A stretch of 64,000 bases of DNA, from NCBI GenBank assembly GCA_051294905.1, contig CM119372.1:17486001-17550000 (forward strand), in the 5' to 3' direction. The position numbers and the translations under genes were made by a program. Under the pieces are notes generated by a model. That model searched no databases, was not told the origin of the DNA, and saw nothing but the letters and a program-made list of their open reading frames with translations. The first letter of the stretch is position 1, and each line of letters begins with the position of its first letter. Shown here one piece after another: positions 11,496 through 22,811 of this stretch. This DNA is from Botryllus schlosseri. Taxonomy: Eukaryota.

Positions 11496-13185
11496 ATGAT
11501 GAGCAACGGAGACTGGACTGTTCCATATTTATTTAGAGCTGTATGCGTGATCTGCATATTTCTCATATTCGGAGCAATACTCAATAGTAAGCCGAATTGG
11601 AACAGAATGTGTATGGTCCCAAATGTAACTGGAATGGCATTTTCAGGTGTGATACTGAAGCGGGACGTGTTGTTATTGGAAAAAGATCATCAAACGTCAC
11701 TGAGAATCTCCCTACTCCGTTCGGACTATGAGCGTAAGATTGCTGACAATCGAGAAAACTATAAGCGCACCTGCGAAAAAAGTGTTCAAGAGGTATATTG
11801 GCCTGAGTGTGCATTGTGCACTGGCTGCTTTATTACCGTGATTACTATGAATTTGAATTGGTGGTATTAACATTTAATAGAATTTAAGACAAATTATCTT
11901 TCTACGGACTTATGGATTAAATTTCCAAATTACGATGACCCTTGGTCTCAATCTCAAAACATCAGCAGGAGTCGATGAAGCTCATAGGAGACAGTTTTCT
12001 CAAAGTTGCATCATTATGTATTTCTCTAATTTAGGCAGTGAAACGACTCAAGGAAACAGCCAAGTTGCAAGAACGCAAATCCTCCGCAGTTTTACGTTCG
12101 TACTATGCGGATATACTGAAAAATCATTCGCGTGAGTGCGCTGTTGTTGTGTGTCTTCTGAGCATCGATATTCATGCCTTGTTTTATGTTTAGTTTCTAT
12201 TAAGCAAGTGGCGGATGAAGTCGAATACTTGTTGAAAGATGTGAGTTATTATATTTGATCTCATCAATTGACTGTAGATGAGGTCTTTTCAAGTTATTTT
12301 GTGTTCGCCTGCTACCTTTTTCCGGTTAAGAGAACAGGGGATAGTGAGCTGTTGGCTATTGCTAAGATGTGATGTCGCAATGTAACTGGTAGTTATTTAT
12401 TATTTCTGACCGCCCTCTTTCTCGAGCACTCCCTTTACAGCGCATAGATATGTGGTTCTTAACCTTTCTTCCTCCGGCTCCCCTTTTCGAAAATTGCCTA
12501 GGTTTGGCGCCCTCCCCCTATTTTAAGGACCGGTGGTACAGTATCTCTACGATTTCGACACGCTGTGTGTTGCTGGATACGATACCTAGTTCGAACAATT
12601 TTGTGGAAAATAACCAGAGCAGCGGACGCGTTTTAACGGGGAATCGGCGATCTAAAAGTACGGTATGCGCAATGCCTTCACATGAATTACAATAAGCCAC
12701 TGCGTTCATGGGAATATGTTGCAACCATAGTCTGGACATCTTTCGCACGCAGCGCGACGAAAAATTATGAGATTTGACAGATTTTGTCAAATGTCAATTT
12801 GCAATGGGAAGTCGGGGATGTTTAGAACTAACTATTGTTCTACTATTTATATTCGGTTAATCGTATCTATTCATATTACGTCCCTAGTACACCAACCATT
12901 GAAACAACATTTTTCTTCAGCGTCCCCCTATACCGCACCCCTGAGCTCAGGGCCCCCCATATTGCCCCTGAGCGTTTACGCCCCTCACGGGGCACTGGGG
13001 CAGAGGTTAAAAACCGCTGGTATAGGTGGACTTCATTTCAGATAAGGAGAGTATGTGATGTCCTTTTTAACATCGAGTATCTAAGCCTAAAGCTTTTAGT
13101 GACTGAAAATACCAGCAACATGCACAACGTAGTGACGCAATATATAGCGGAGCAGATTTGCACGGTATACCCTATAGCACTATAG
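11496..13185 (+). CDS. Gene B: type II membrane coiled-coil protein, paralog of gene A (about 170 aa)
   Basis: Phase-compatible exons 11496-11586, 11647-11792, 12035-12131, 12194-12240, 13042-13185. Translation: MMSNGDWTVPY-LFRAVCVICIFLIFGAILNSVIL-KRDVLLLEKDHQ...AVKRLKETAKLQERK...LSIKQVADEVEYLLKDIRRVCDVL...NVVTQYIAEQICTVYPIAL*. The TM and the DVLxL..H motif align with gene A. Likely 5'UTR exon at 11372-11424. Confidence 0.75.
12449..13019. mobile_element. hAT MITE in an intron of gene B
   Basis: Degenerate TIRs (tgtggttcttaacct / aggttaaaaaccgctg) with GCCCC-rich subterminal motifs. Confidence 0.65.
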
Positions 13186-13975
13186 CAGGGGTGTCAAACT
13201 CTAATCGCATAGCGGGCCGGATCAGTCAAAAGATTCCGCATTCCATGCCGTTGTTTTTCACTTGAGATCTTTATTATGTAAGGATCGGTTCGGTTTATTA
13301 GCAACAAGGGTTCTATTCTAGCGACACAGTTTTTTGCAAATAACGGAATTGGAAAAAATACCATGACTGGCCAGTTAATTTCAGTAGCTCTAACGACGTT
13401 ATAATTTGACTTATTGCGATGCTCCCTTTGTTTTAGTCGTGAACTGGCGTTAGCCCTGCGTATGCGTTGTGAGGAATATAAGTGGTTTAACTGTAAACGC
13501 AATCTTGGGATTTGGTTCATTATCATTTAATCTCGATTCGGATTTCGGCCGAGGAGCTTCAGAAGTAATACAACAGTGCAACCACATATATTCCAGTTAC
13601 ATTTTCTGTATCCTTTGTAGTCTCCATGTAGCCTACATATAAAGGTTTCGCATTGGTGTTTCGCTTCTATAAATATCTACTTTTTGGTCCATATTTCCAT
13701 AAAACTCAGAACTCGGGATGCACTTTTTGAGCCTCTCGGAATTGGGTGTCAATGTCACCGACTTATTCCTAATGGAGACTAGAGTAAAACCGCAACACCC
13801 CTGTCGGATGGTTATGATGCAATGAACATGTTCGACATTTGTTGTCTTGAGGGAGTATTGAATTAAAGTAGTTTTCACTACAGTACTTAAAATGTCAACA
13901 ACTACTAAGAATTGTTTCTTGGGCTGGATGAAATCGTCTGGCAGGCCGGATGCGGGCCGTATTTTGACACCCTTT
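13186..13975. mobile_element. hAT MITE (CAGGGGTGTCAAAC family) inserted at the 3' end of the gene B CDS
   Basis: TIRs caggggtgtcaaa / tttgacaccc; TSD cactatag/ccctatag. Internal similarity to 34496-35797. Confidence 0.85.
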
Positions 13976-14455
13976 CCCTATAGTCATCAAGTTTCCAGCG
14001 CTCTTGGTAGCAATGGCCAGCTAAAATCTTCCAACATGCTTACAAAGTTTTCGGCTGCTCGAATCCCAAATTTTAAGGACTTTCGCAATCTGGAGTGTTC
14101 AGGAAATCTACCTGTTAACAGTCTCCGATAGTACGAGGTGTTTTGATGCGTTGGTTCTCTTTTGCAAGATCGGCGACGGCACGAAGAAATCCACTGTTGA
14201 AAATATTTTATTTCGTCTGAAGACCATCGAGACGCAAATAGCCGATATTGATAAAGTTGAGGACTCGAAAATGACTGCCAGGTGACAAACGGCAAAGACT
14301 CGGCCGCGCATTCTTTTCAACTCGGTGTGTGGCGGCTGGGTTAGTGCGAGCCAAGCCGTGCGGTCGTAGGCATAACGCGCTTAGCTCGCTTGGCTTTTAT
14401 TACTTTATTGTCGTATTCTTCACGTGTCTCGTGTTTGATACGTAGAGTTCCTTAC

Positions 14456-17400
14456 GATATCGATGTATTGCTTTGTGTATTTAGTTTGAATCGCCTCGCG
14501 TTTACGGCGAATTATTTGATCATTATCATCGTGGGATAACGGACGGAGTCTGTTATCCGCTTGAGTCATATTAACGCTGCGGAATACTAAGAAACACGCG
14601 AATGAATGAATCAATTCTCGAGTGTCGGAACGGTCCGGTACCCAATCGATTCACAAAATACTGTACTTCAAGCTATTGATATCGATTGGGCCTGCGTCAC
14701 TTGGCTTGAATAGCCGGGATGTTCTTGCCGCAGCGGTTTTGGTTCTATTGTGAGGCGGGGAAGTGTCAATTCCAAGTGTGTCATGATTCTGTCGCGCTAT
14801 CGAGCTTATTTTTTCTCGTAATCATATCGGCGTCGCAATCACATGTTTATCGGTATTTATTCGCACTTTGACATACTCTATTGAATGACGGCGTGCTCTC
14901 CAAGCGTATCTGCGTGACTGCTGCTGTTCTAATCAAGCATTTTCTACCTCTTTGAATACATTCGCTTCAACCCGAGACTACCTAGCTCTTGGATAGTCGA
15001 AGTTCATTCCTTGAACACGGCGGAAGACATACGCTCTTCGCGCCGATTTTCATTATGTATCATGTGCCAGATTGTGGTTGAAGTCTCCAATACCTAATCG
15101 CATTAGGAATATCATATTGTCAGTCGGTCCATATTTTGATTTCGTAATTTGTTTCCCCTGTTGGCCTAGTCATAGCCGATGCTACTTATCGATACTTAAC
15201 ATTGGACAAATGGTGAGCAAGACTCGGGAATCGGAACCGGCAAGCATCATCGTAACCCGACTCACACCCGCAGGCACTGTATTGAAACATCTGTATATCC
15301 AATGCTATCATATAAAATAAAATACATGATCATTTGTATTATCAAAGTACTTCATTTGCGTGGCCTACTGCCACCTTTACGTGCCATTTCATTTTCGCAA
15401 GTATGTACCAAAAATTGCTTCTATTATACACAATGCTAGCTAGCTACGTTGAGATGTTGACGTGCGTTGATCAGTTTGTTCGCCGATGGCCCCATGGGAT
15501 CGCATAATAGTGCGTCTTGTCTTGCGATTAGTGGGAAATTCAATTGAAATATCATTGAACAAAAAACTGTATTTTCGCGACATGCTGCTGTGGGATTTTT
15601 GATGTTCCAATTTTTGTGGAACTTTCTGGAGTGCTGAAGGGTTCACGTAACCGGAATATCGGTCTTCATCAACAGAGCTAGTGTTGCTAGAGCGTTCAAT
15701 ATAATATTGGGGGTAAAGGTCTCGTTGTCGTGACATGAAGATAAGATGTTAGAGATGCTCGCTTAATTTCGGCACATTTGGATGCGTTGGTTCAAGGTGG
15801 AGTCAACTGCTTCTGCCAAAAGCAGCAATTATATATTGTCTTACTCCCGAGTCATGTGTAGTCGCTTCAAGACGGTAGCCGCGACAGCTGAACCTGTGAA
15901 AAGTTGATTTTATATTGAATGACCTCGACATTAACTCCGTACAAACGTTGCGGTGTAGGCTATAGAGAGCGACAGCTAATGACGAGCTGTCTTGTGTTTG
16001 ACTGTTAGTGTGATATAAGCCTACGCTCAATTGCTCAGAACCTGCACGATTCTAACAATCTTATTTCAAACCGTGTCGTGAAATGGGATCCGAATATTTT
16101 CTGCTGACACTCGTCAGGGGTATAATCGTCAGCAACTAGTAGAGAATGGAAATGAACATCGTATATCAGCGATCGTATCACAAAATATGATGTTGCCAGC
16201 ATGAATTTTCAAATACGAGAGCGTTCAATGTACTATTTTTTATGGTACTCTTTTCGTTGACACAGCCTTGGCCGGTGTATTTTGATAAGTCGACTCAAAG
16301 GCACACAAATGTTTGTTCTTAGGAGCAAGCACATATATGTGGTCGAGGTAGTCATCGTCTTTGGTACTCGAGTTAAGTAGCAGCAACGCCAAATGTTTTT
16401 ATTCAATTACAAGTATTTTGCCATTTGCAATACATGTCAAAACTACTTAAAGAAGAAGTAGAAGATGAACTTCTGAAAAGTGCTCATGCTAAAAGTAGAT
16501 ACCGTCGAGGGTCGCATGCATCTCGCAGTAAATCAGAGGTGGCAACTTTCAAAATTGTTGGGTAGGCTACAACTTGTCAAGTTGTGGCAATTTCACTCGT
16601 AAAAATGATGCAAACATGTCCAAAACTACTTTCTACTTTATAAGATTCAAAGTTAGAAAAGTAAATACTGTTGCCTAAAACACTGCTGAGTATAGAAAAT
16701 GGAGCAGTAGCCTACTTCGTGACCGACCATCCGTGGAAGTAAGGACATGTATTACAGACAAACGTGTCGAGTATCCTCTACATCGCCCAGGCCGAGGTGG
16801 GTGTCTGATTTCAAAGAGTACTCCAAGTCGTTTCGAGACCTTTCTTTTTTTTCATTATATCGCAATTTTGTAGAGTATTGAACTGATAAAAAATTGTTAC
16901 TAAACCGGAGTCGAAGTACGCCTATATGCAGGCCGTGTTATTTTTGGCATATGCCAAAACTGCCAAAAATATTTTTGGCATTTTTTGATTTTTATTTTTG
17001 GCAGTTTTGGCATCGTCCTCTAAATAGATAGTTTCAGCCTCGAATTAGTCACAAAAACGCTTTATTTGGGCTAGTTTGTCAAAAGACACCACATAATGTG
17101 CAGCATCCACGTATAATCAATGCCAACAAACAATAAGAAGAAGAAAAAACCTAACGATTTCATAGGTTAATAATATCAAACGAAACCACAAAATGTGCAG
17201 TATCCATCGTAATCGGTGCCAATAAGCAAAAAAAGAGAAAGAAATGCCTAACAAACACGCTCAACAGCTGATTGTTACAGCTGTTGAATAGACTTAAATC
17301 GTTTGCACTGTAACAGTGCTTCCAAACTCAGGTCAGCTAAGTTTCTCCTAAATTCATTTCTCGCCCAGCGAATCTGGGAAATATCGGCTTCAAAAGAAGC

Positions 17401-18697
17401 CGTTGAGGGAAAGAATGTTGCCAGTCATCCACAAAAGGTTTTCAGAGCTTCAAAATCTTTGGAGGGCCGAACCGGCTTCCATGCATCATGAAAAGAGATC
17501 ACTTCGCCAGTGCCATCGATCTCATCGCAGAAAGAATTTTCTTCCCGATCCTTTTCCAGGAGTTTCCTGTATTGTCTATCTCAACACATTCTATTTAGTA
17601 GCCCGACTATCATGTCTCCTTCAGTCTACCGATATATTTTCGGAGGACTTTTGTCACTTCAGGTGGCTTTAATATTACCAACTCGCATGGAAGAGTCCTG
17701 TGAAGGTTTGCTTGTTTAAGAACATTGACGCAACAAGACTGTCTGGCAAAACGAGACCATGCAGCTCAGAAATAGCCAGACAGTTTGTTGCGTCACAATG
17801 TTCAACTCGATCACAATGCAAAAATCGTGGTTGATTTTGGGGGATCCAGTTCCATGAGCAGAATATAATTTATATTTTAATAATCAGTACTGCGGCAGCT
17901 TCTCATTGATACCCGTTTTATCAAATTTAGCGCTCTACAAGCCGGTCAAAAATGGTCATAAAATTGCCCTTGGACAAATGGAAAGTATGACGTAAACCAA
18001 ATGCAGTCAGCCGTTCAATCTCGCTGTGCCCTCACCATTTAGGACACCATGCTTTCACCCCTAATGGGTGGGCTGAACCCAGATTAAGAAACCTGCCTTT
18101 CACAAACGCTCTTCTCGCTTGTAACGCGGTCCTGTTAACACAACACCATGAACGAAATACACTATTTGGCAGGCCGTGTTATTTTTGGCATATGCCAAAA
18201 ATTGCTTATTTTTGGCATTTTCAAAATTTTATTTTTGGCAGTTTTGGCATCTGGCTCCTGAAATGCCAAAAATAACACGGCCTGCCTATATGGCTACAAC
18301 AAATGCCGAATGAACTATTTCGAAGGACCATACCTGTCAAATGCTCTCCGTATAACTTTGCGGTTGAATATCAGTTTCGAGTCGAACAGGAGAGCAGGAT
18401 AGGTTATTTCGCAAACTCGATTTTTCCCAGCGTCTCGTCTTCGCCGCCTAAAACGCATATTGATGTGGACTGACTGTATTGACACAGTGCATGATAATTG
18501 TAGGATGCCGCTGTAATGTCACCATAAGCAGCTGTTGGCGATAATGGAGAGCTATAAAATATACCAATGCGTCAACATCACGTACGATAGCCATTCTGCA
18601 TGCAGGGCTCATGCAGTCGCTTTCATTCCTGTCGTGCAGATGTCTGTTCTCCCAATCTTTGAGAATTGTCATCAACAACTTCCTTCTTTTCCGTTTC
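14456..18697 (-). CDS. Candidate distal exons of the cytoplasmic tail of gene C (about 18696-18585, 15740-15440 and 14576-14456)
   Basis: Non-repetitive segments with open hydrophilic frames: KRKRRKLLMTILKDWENRH, YYIERSSNTSSVDEDRYSGY and NDQIIRRKREAIQTKY. The first and third are bounded by AG/GT sites. The chain of phases could not be completed. Confidence 0.3.
16081..16312 (-). mobile_element. Older Penelope-like 3' (pseudo-LTR) fragment
   Basis: Diverged copy of 18943-19170 and 20250-20475, including the hammerhead motif. Confidence 0.8.
16088..16121 (-). ncRNA. Minimal type I hammerhead ribozyme-like motif (diverged copy)
   Basis: accc CTGACGA gtgtcagca GAAAATATT C ggat on the minus strand; stems I and II are imperfect. 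Confidence 0.5.
16929..18284 (-). mobile_element. Non-autonomous hAT, copy 2 (inverted relative to 7619-8969); transposase remnant at about 17275-17703 (-)
   Basis: Same TIRs; perfect TSD cctatatg at 16921-16928 and 18285-18292. Confidence 0.95.
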
Positions 18698-18948
18698 CTG
18701 TAAATTTATCGGTAGGATGATCCTTTGTTGGCAAAGGCGCGGTCAGAAACAATGAAATACTTATATTTCCGAATACTCAGGTAGGTTGTGCCTACTTGCA
18801 CTACATGCTCAAGTGGTTATGTGTTTCCACTTCTAGTTATGGTTCTTAGGCACATTTGATAGTTTTTTCTTCATATTGGAATTTGAAGAGCTTCTTGGAG
18901 GTACAGAACTTCAATATACAATTAAATAGTATATTCATATTGAAATGA

Positions 18949-18982
18949 ACCCGAATATTTTCGGCTGACACTCGTCAGGGGT
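18949..18982 (-). ncRNA. Minimal type I hammerhead ribozyme motif (inverted pseudo-LTR copy)
   Basis: Reverse complement of the motif at 20436-20469. Confidence 0.65.
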
Positions 18983-19640
18983 AATCGTCAGCAACTAGTA
19001 GAGAATTGGAAAGAACATTGTAGATCAACAATCGTATCACAAAATATGACGTCACCAGCATGAAAGAGAGAGCGTTCAATGTACTATTTTTAGGTGGTAC
19101 ACGAACTCCTTTTGTTGACAGAGTTTTGGTTGGTGTATTTTGATAATAGTTGATTCCAAGGCACACAAATGGAATTGTGAGCGGCCTCGCCCTATGATGC
19201 CGCGGCATGGAGAGGAAATTAACGCAATTCAACGCAGAAAAACGAACAGAGCCCACCGCACGAACAATAAAAGATGTTTATATCCATCTACCTTGGATTG
19301 GCCCCATTTCCACCCGCTTTGAAAAACAATTGATTTCTGCTGTCAGTAAGTGTTACGACACAGTCAAAACCAATGTGATTTATACAACAACTCAACTGCT
19401 CCCTCCAACACGCAAAGACATGCTTCCTGCACTTCAACAAAGTAATGTAGTGTACGAATATAGGTGCCAGTGTGATTGTGGCTACGTGGGAAGAACGTCA
19501 AGACGTCTGCAGGACCACATAAACCAACATGTCCCCAGATTTATCAGAACACGCTCAGTGAAAAGCTCACCCTTAACTCATCCACTTAACATTGATGCTG
19601 ATCGATCAAAGGCCATTAATTCTGCCATCGGCAAACATCT

Positions 19641-20170
19641 TATATAGGTGTGAAATTTTGGAACAATGTACCAGCTTTGTACCGTACTCTTCCTTATCAT
19701 ACATTTAAAGCTCGCTTTTGCAAATTTATATTATCCAAGTACTAAGAAGAACATATCTCATGACCACAGTAATGTTGTTTGTTGTTTTGGTTCATTTAAT
19801 ATGCTACAATAATATTACCACTGTGTACATGGGTCAAATTGTTATTTTCTGATCACACTGTTAACTATGGTAACCGTCCTTCACTAGTGTTGCTGTCTTT
19901 TATTTACTTTTGTTTATTTCGTTACTCTTTGCGGTGCTACTTGACTGAGAGAAAAAATTGATCCATATTATAATTAATACTGCCAATATGCTTGGGTGAC
20001 TCCGGCCTAGAAGACTTCGGTCATATCGGGTCTCCCAGTCTATACCGTGCAAATTATAGTGAGGAAAAAATTTAAAAATGTATACTATTGGACGTGAATG
20101 TTTGTGGACATTGCCTTTACTATATTTCATGGTTGACGAATAAAAGAACTCTCTCTCTCTCTCTCTCTCT
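19641..20170 (+). mobile_element. 3' end of a CR1/L2-group LINE with a (CT)n tail
   Basis: ORF2 C-terminus YIGVKFWNNVPALYRTLPYHTFKARFCKFILSKY*, then 3'UTR, AATAAA and a (CT)n run at about 20149-20170. Confidence 0.8.
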
Positions 20171-20435
20171 GTTGGATAATCCGATTTGTGCGAATAATTA
20201 TCGAGACGACCGATTTCGAATCGTAGGGCGAGGCCGCTCACAATTCCATTTGTGTGCCTTGGAATCAACTTTTATCAAAATACACCAACCAAAACTCTGT
20301 CAACAAAAGGAGTTCGTGTACCACCTAAAAATAGTACATTGAACGCTCTCTCTTTCATGCTGGTGACGTCATATTTTGTGTTACGATTGTTGATATACAA
20401 TGTTCTTTCCAATTCTCTACTAGTTGCTGACGATT

Positions 20436-20469
20436 ACCCCTGACGAGTGTCAGCCGAAAATATTCGGGT
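20436..20469 (+). ncRNA. Minimal type I hammerhead ribozyme motif in the Penelope pseudo-LTR
   Basis: accc-CTGACGA-gtgtcagcc-GAA-AATATT-C-gggt: conserved CUGANGA and GAAA core, palindromic stem III, UC cleavage site and a 4-bp stem I (accc/gggt). Confidence 0.7.
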
Positions 20470-21364
20470 TCATTTCAATATGAATATACTATTTAATTAT
20501 ATTGGAATTTGGAAATTTTTACGTAGAAAGTATATTGTTGGGATGTATTTCCATCTCGTTTGTGAGTGAAATTTCCAAAACGGTCCTGCATCATATTAGC
20601 TTACTATATTTACGAAAATTGCACCGTAATTTTTAGTGTCAATAGTCATATTGTCTTCGTAGATGAATATTACAATTTGAAAACTAGACTATACTTGGGT
20701 CAGTTGCATCGCACCTTTCAGATCTTCGTTGTTTACTTCCACTTGAAGTAGTTTTGACATGTCTTTGAAATCTATATAAACTTTGTAGCTGGGGTTGAGT
20801 ATGTTCGCAGGTCTCACTATTTCATTGAATAATAACAATTAGACTCGTGCAGTTTGTAGAGTGGAACAGTATGCCTACAGTCTGCAGTATCAGGCGAAAT
20901 CTGATGATCAAGAATATGAAACATACCTATATATGATTTGAAGACAAATTGGCACGCACTCGTTGCAAGTTACAATTTCAGACAACTGATTCGGTAAATC
21001 CGATAATTGTGAATCCACGTGCGTTCATGCATTATTGATCGTAATGATTGGAATCGAGCAAGTGAGAGTCGATTTTTACCAGCAGTAAAAAGATACACAA
21101 TTTGTATCAGAGTCGATATTTTCTCGAGAGCCTTGAAACCTCGATTGGCGGTATCACAGCGTCCAAAGCGAGTGTAGCCCACATTCCGTATTGTAGGTAC
21201 AAGGTTGCGGATTGCGCATGTTTGAGGAAACGAGGCAATAGTGTTCAATTTCCAAAGCGCTATGAAACTGTCATGTCCAAGCTATATCAAATTATAATTG
21301 CCGTGATGTAACTGGCATTTTTTATTGTATATCAAAATAAATGACAGGCTACTATCGACCAAAC

Positions 21365-22532
21365 CAGAGGTCTCAAACACGCGGCCCGCCAGAACATTTT
21401 GTGCGGACCGCGACGAAATTTTAGATGTTTATTAATTTGACAATATCCAAGTGTCACATATATCTTTTCAGGTTATAAAGTGAAAATTCCTTTTTAAATT
21501 GTTCCGAAAGCCGGAAACTATTCATAAAACTTCACTAATATTACAAACGCTACCATGCAGTGGAAGATTCACTATTTCGCCACATTTCCATGATGACAAA
21601 ACCTGACCCTTCGACGATTCGTGACTGAAATTTGTGAGTTGGACTTGGACGCGACCTTTCTTAGAATTACTCAGACTCGGGCTAACTCGATGGCAAAATG
21701 AAAATGACTCGAGTGGACTCGGAGTGATTAGGAATGCCGTGAATTTGTTAGAACCATATGGACGCAACAAACTAATCGCATATCAGGGAAATAGTAATAG
21801 ATCGGAAAGTCGCAGCTTGGTATTTCGCTAACTAAGCAAGTAGTTATGGCAACCATTGTCAATCTGTTAGTTACATCTTTGGTCGCTACCATGTTATTAA
21901 GGCCATTTAAAGGTACCGAGTACCTTATTTAGTAGTACGCTCCAACGATGTAACAACAATGGGCCGTTCGGGATTCCGACATTTCAATCACTGGGACACA
22001 TTCATTATTATATTAATATTTTTTCTGCTCCTATATTTGAAGATATTTGGCCATGAAGTTAATAGCCTACTTATCAGAAGTATACCCGAATCCTGGATTG
22101 GAATTACAATGCTCAACCTAAAATTGTTTTGATATCAGATCAGTCTCTATTATCAATCTGGTAAGTTTAAAATATTCATAGTAGCTGCAAAATTATAACC
22201 TGATAGCTTTTATGATGGCATCATACATTAGTCCAACCATATATGGTGTCTATATCTTAAATACATCAAGAACAACAACAATTATATTCAAATATTTATA
22301 AATGTGATGATTCTTTCCGTACCAGGCTCAAGTTGATACAAGAGCAAATCACATTTTGACGATGTGTGTTTACTGTCAGTCTGCTGGATCGGCTCACTTT
22401 CAATAGGACAAGTCATTCCCGCCAAATAAGGCCTACTTGGAAGGCATAGAATACGCCTATAAATGCTGCGGCCCGCGGCGTCGTCAAAACTGGAAAACTG
22501 GCCCGCGAGCACATTTGAGTTTGAGACCTCTG
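21365..22532. mobile_element. hAT non-autonomous element (CAGAGGTCTCAAAC family)
   Basis: TIRs as in 9569-11099; TSD gaccaaac/gactaaac. Confidence 0.9.
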
Positions 22533-22811
22533 GACTAAACCAATGCCTGATTCTGAAGCTTATTACTTAAATATGCATCCAATCGAAACGATAACCCAAC
22601 GCATAATCTTACCTCTGGCGCACATTGTTATGGTAAATTCTGCACCTCCGAAATTTCATTTACCGACTTATATCGTAAGGATGGTCATTGGTCATTGATA
22701 AATTGTTGGATTTTATATGGAAAGAACATGGTCATTGGATTTTGGATTGGATTGGACCAATGACCATGTTCTTTCCATATTAAAATCCAACAATTTATCA
22801 ATACCACCTAC

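Larger units (their letters stand above)
18920..20498 (+). mobile_element. 5'-truncated Penelope-like retroelement with an inverted pseudo-LTR; GIY-YIG endonuclease remnant split by a LINE insertion
   Basis: 19207-19640 encodes LPWIGPIS...SNVVYEYRCQCDCGYVGRTSRRLQDHINQH...SAIGKHL, resuming at about 20172 with LDNPICANNY...LCALESTFIKIHQPKLCQQKEF. 18920-19197 is the reverse complement of 20221-20498. Confidence 0.9.

Noticed and set aside
22323..22435. Apparent in-phase exon of gene C
   Set aside because: It lies within the hAT element 21365-22532, with homologous sequence near 9660.
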